This document shows, piece after piece, positions 62,523-64,000 of a stretch of 64,000 nt of DNA. Each line of letters begins with the position of its first letter. Positions within the stretch are counted from its first letter, which is position 1. The DNA is taken from the NCBI RefSeq assembly GCF_049554935.1, contig NZ_CP186926.1, positions 1,024,001 through 1,088,000 on the forward strand, in the 5' to 3' direction. The DNA is from Methanocaldococcus indicus. GTDB lineage: Archaea; AGJL01; Methanococci; Methanococcales; Methanocaldococcaceae. The notes under the pieces were generated by a model. The model saw only the letters and a list, made by a program, of their open reading frames with translations, did no database searches and was not told where the DNA came from. A program made the position numbers and the translations under genes.

Positions 62523-64000
62523 ATGGGACTTTTAGATAAAATAGGAAGTAAAAAAAAATCTGAAAAATTGAGTATTATCAATAAACCATTAGGATTAAAA
62601 GATAGAGAAACCAAGATAGATAGATTTAAAGAAAAAAAGGAAGAAGTAATAATAGATAAATACAATGTCAATGTTGATGAGATAGAATTTGAGGTTATTA
62701 TAAAAAGATGTCATGGGGAAATGTTCTATTTAATTCCTGAAATTGAATATATTGAACAATCATTATCTCATATTTCAAAAGAAAATTTAAATATGTTAAA
62801 AATACAAATTGGAGAACTTGGTTTATTTGAATATGAGCAAATAAAAAATTATGTTATAGAGTTTTTAACAAGATATAATATAAAAGTTCCACATGTGGAA
62901 TCATTAGCAAAATTTATATATCTACAATCTGGAAGATTAGGACTTTTGGAAATTCCTATAAATGATGCTTTTTTAGAGGAAGTTATGGTTAATGGGTATA
63001 GTATTCCAGTTTTTGTTTTTCATAGAAAATTTCAAATGTGTGAATCAAATATTGTTTTAGATAGAAATGAAGTAAATAGAATTATTGAAAGTATCTCTAA
63101 CTTGGTAAATAGGCCTATTGACTCAAGAGTGCCAATGCTTGATGCATTCCTTCCAGATGGTAGTAGAGTTAATGCTACACTCCCAGATATTACATTAAAT
63201 GGAGCTACTCTAACTATAAGAAAATTCTCAAAAACACCATTAACAGTTATTGATTTAATAAAATATAGAACATTATCATTAGATACTGCAGCTTTTCTAT
63301 GGCAAGCAGTTGAGGGTTACTTTGGCTCTAAGCCAGCTAATACATTAATAGCTGGAGGAACAGGTTCAGGAAAAACTACTCTTCTAAATGTTTTATCAAT
63401 GTTTGCAATGTATAATGAAAGAATAATAACAATTGAGGATACACCTGAACTACAAATACCTCATAAGCATGTTATAAGAATGGTCACTCGTCCAGCAAGG
63501 CCTGGAATGCCTGAGTATGAGATTACTATGGATGATTTAATTAAAAATGCTCTAAGAATGAGGCCAGATAGAATATTTGTTGGAGAGGTTAGGGGGGAAG
63601 AGGCTCATTCTTTATTAGTTGCTATGAATACAGGACATGATGGTGCTTTAATTAAAGATGAACTAATATATCTATCAAATAATGAAACTATAAACATTGG
63701 AGAATTTGTAGATGAATTTTTTGAAGAAAATAAATCAAATATAATAAAGGAACACAATGGTTTTGAATGGATTGATATATCTGATGAAAATATCCATATA
63801 GAAAGTTTTAATAAAAACACTTTAAAGATTGAAGATAAATTAATATCAAGAGTTTGGAGAAAGAGATACATTGGAAAGATGTTGAATATAAAAACTGAAA
63901 GTGGTAAAGAAATAACTCTAACTCATGACCATCCTGTTTATATTTTAAAGAATAATATTATATTTGAAGTAAATGCTGAGATAGTAAAGATAGATGATTA
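62523..64000 (+). CDS. Type IV pilus/Tad (CpaF/KlbA-like) secretion ATPase, intein-containing, runs off right edge
   Basis: Manual translation: MGLLDKIG...LPDGSRVNA...GGTGSGKTT...IEDTPEL...LRMRPDRIFVGEVRG...AMNTGHDG. Confidence 0.93.
   Translation, partial: MGLLDKIGSKKKSEKLSIINKPLGLKDRETKIDRFKEKKEEVIIDKYNVNVDEIEFEVIIKRCHGEMFYLIPEIEYIEQSLSHISKENLNMLKIQIGELGLFEYEQIKNYVIEFLTRYNIKVPHVESLAKFIYLQSGRLGLLEIPINDAFLEEVMVNGYSIPVFVFHRKFQMCESNIVLDRNEVNRIIESISNLVNRPIDSRVPMLDAFLPDGSRVNATLPDITLNGATLTIRKFSKTPLTVIDLIKYRTLSLDTAAFLWQAVEGYFGSKPANTLIAGGTGSGKTTLLNVLSMFAMYNERIITIEDTPELQIPHKHVIRMVTRPARPGMPEYEITMDDLIKNALRMRPDRIFVGEVRGEEAHSLLVAMNTGHDGALIKDELIYLSNNETINIGEFVDEFFEENKSNIIKEHNGFEWIDISDENIHIESFNKNTLKIEDKLISRVWRKRYIGKMLNIKTESGKEITLTHDHPVYILKNNIIFEVNAEIVKIDD
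63645..64000 (+). mobile_element. KlbA-type intein (Ala1), truncated by window edge
   Basis: After NTGHDG the frame reads ALIKDELIYLSNNETINIGEFVD...; block B IKTESGKEITLTHDHPVY. Confidence 0.9.

Overview
This is a very AT-rich, gene-dense archaeal window. Gene content, GGTGA Shine-Dalgarno motifs and the CRISPR repeat point to a hyperthermophilic Methanococcales organism, most likely Methanocaldococcus. Most of it is housekeeping: a ribosomal/RNAP cluster with tRNA-Ser and tRNA-Pro, DP1, EF-1alpha, FtsZ, Topo VI-A, FEN1, AroC, PGK, TiaS and TFB. The accessory or unusual parts are: (i) a type I restriction-modification island (26.4-34.4 kb) carrying MNT-HEPN toxin-antitoxin cargo, decayed genes, a duplicated hsdS 3' stub and a GC-rich hairpin element; (ii) a PKD-repeat protein/pilin/archaeosortase D operon preceded by a structured TnpB 3' remnant (omega-RNA-like); (iii) two C/D box sRNAs absent from the ORF track; (iv) an 8-repeat CRISPR array with leader and no cas genes in the window; (v) a KlbA-type ATPase with an Ala-starting intein at the right edge; (vi) several genes that appear to start at non-canonical AUA/AUC/AUU codons (eL41 and mobA most clearly). 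All homology calls come from motif recognition, not from database searches.
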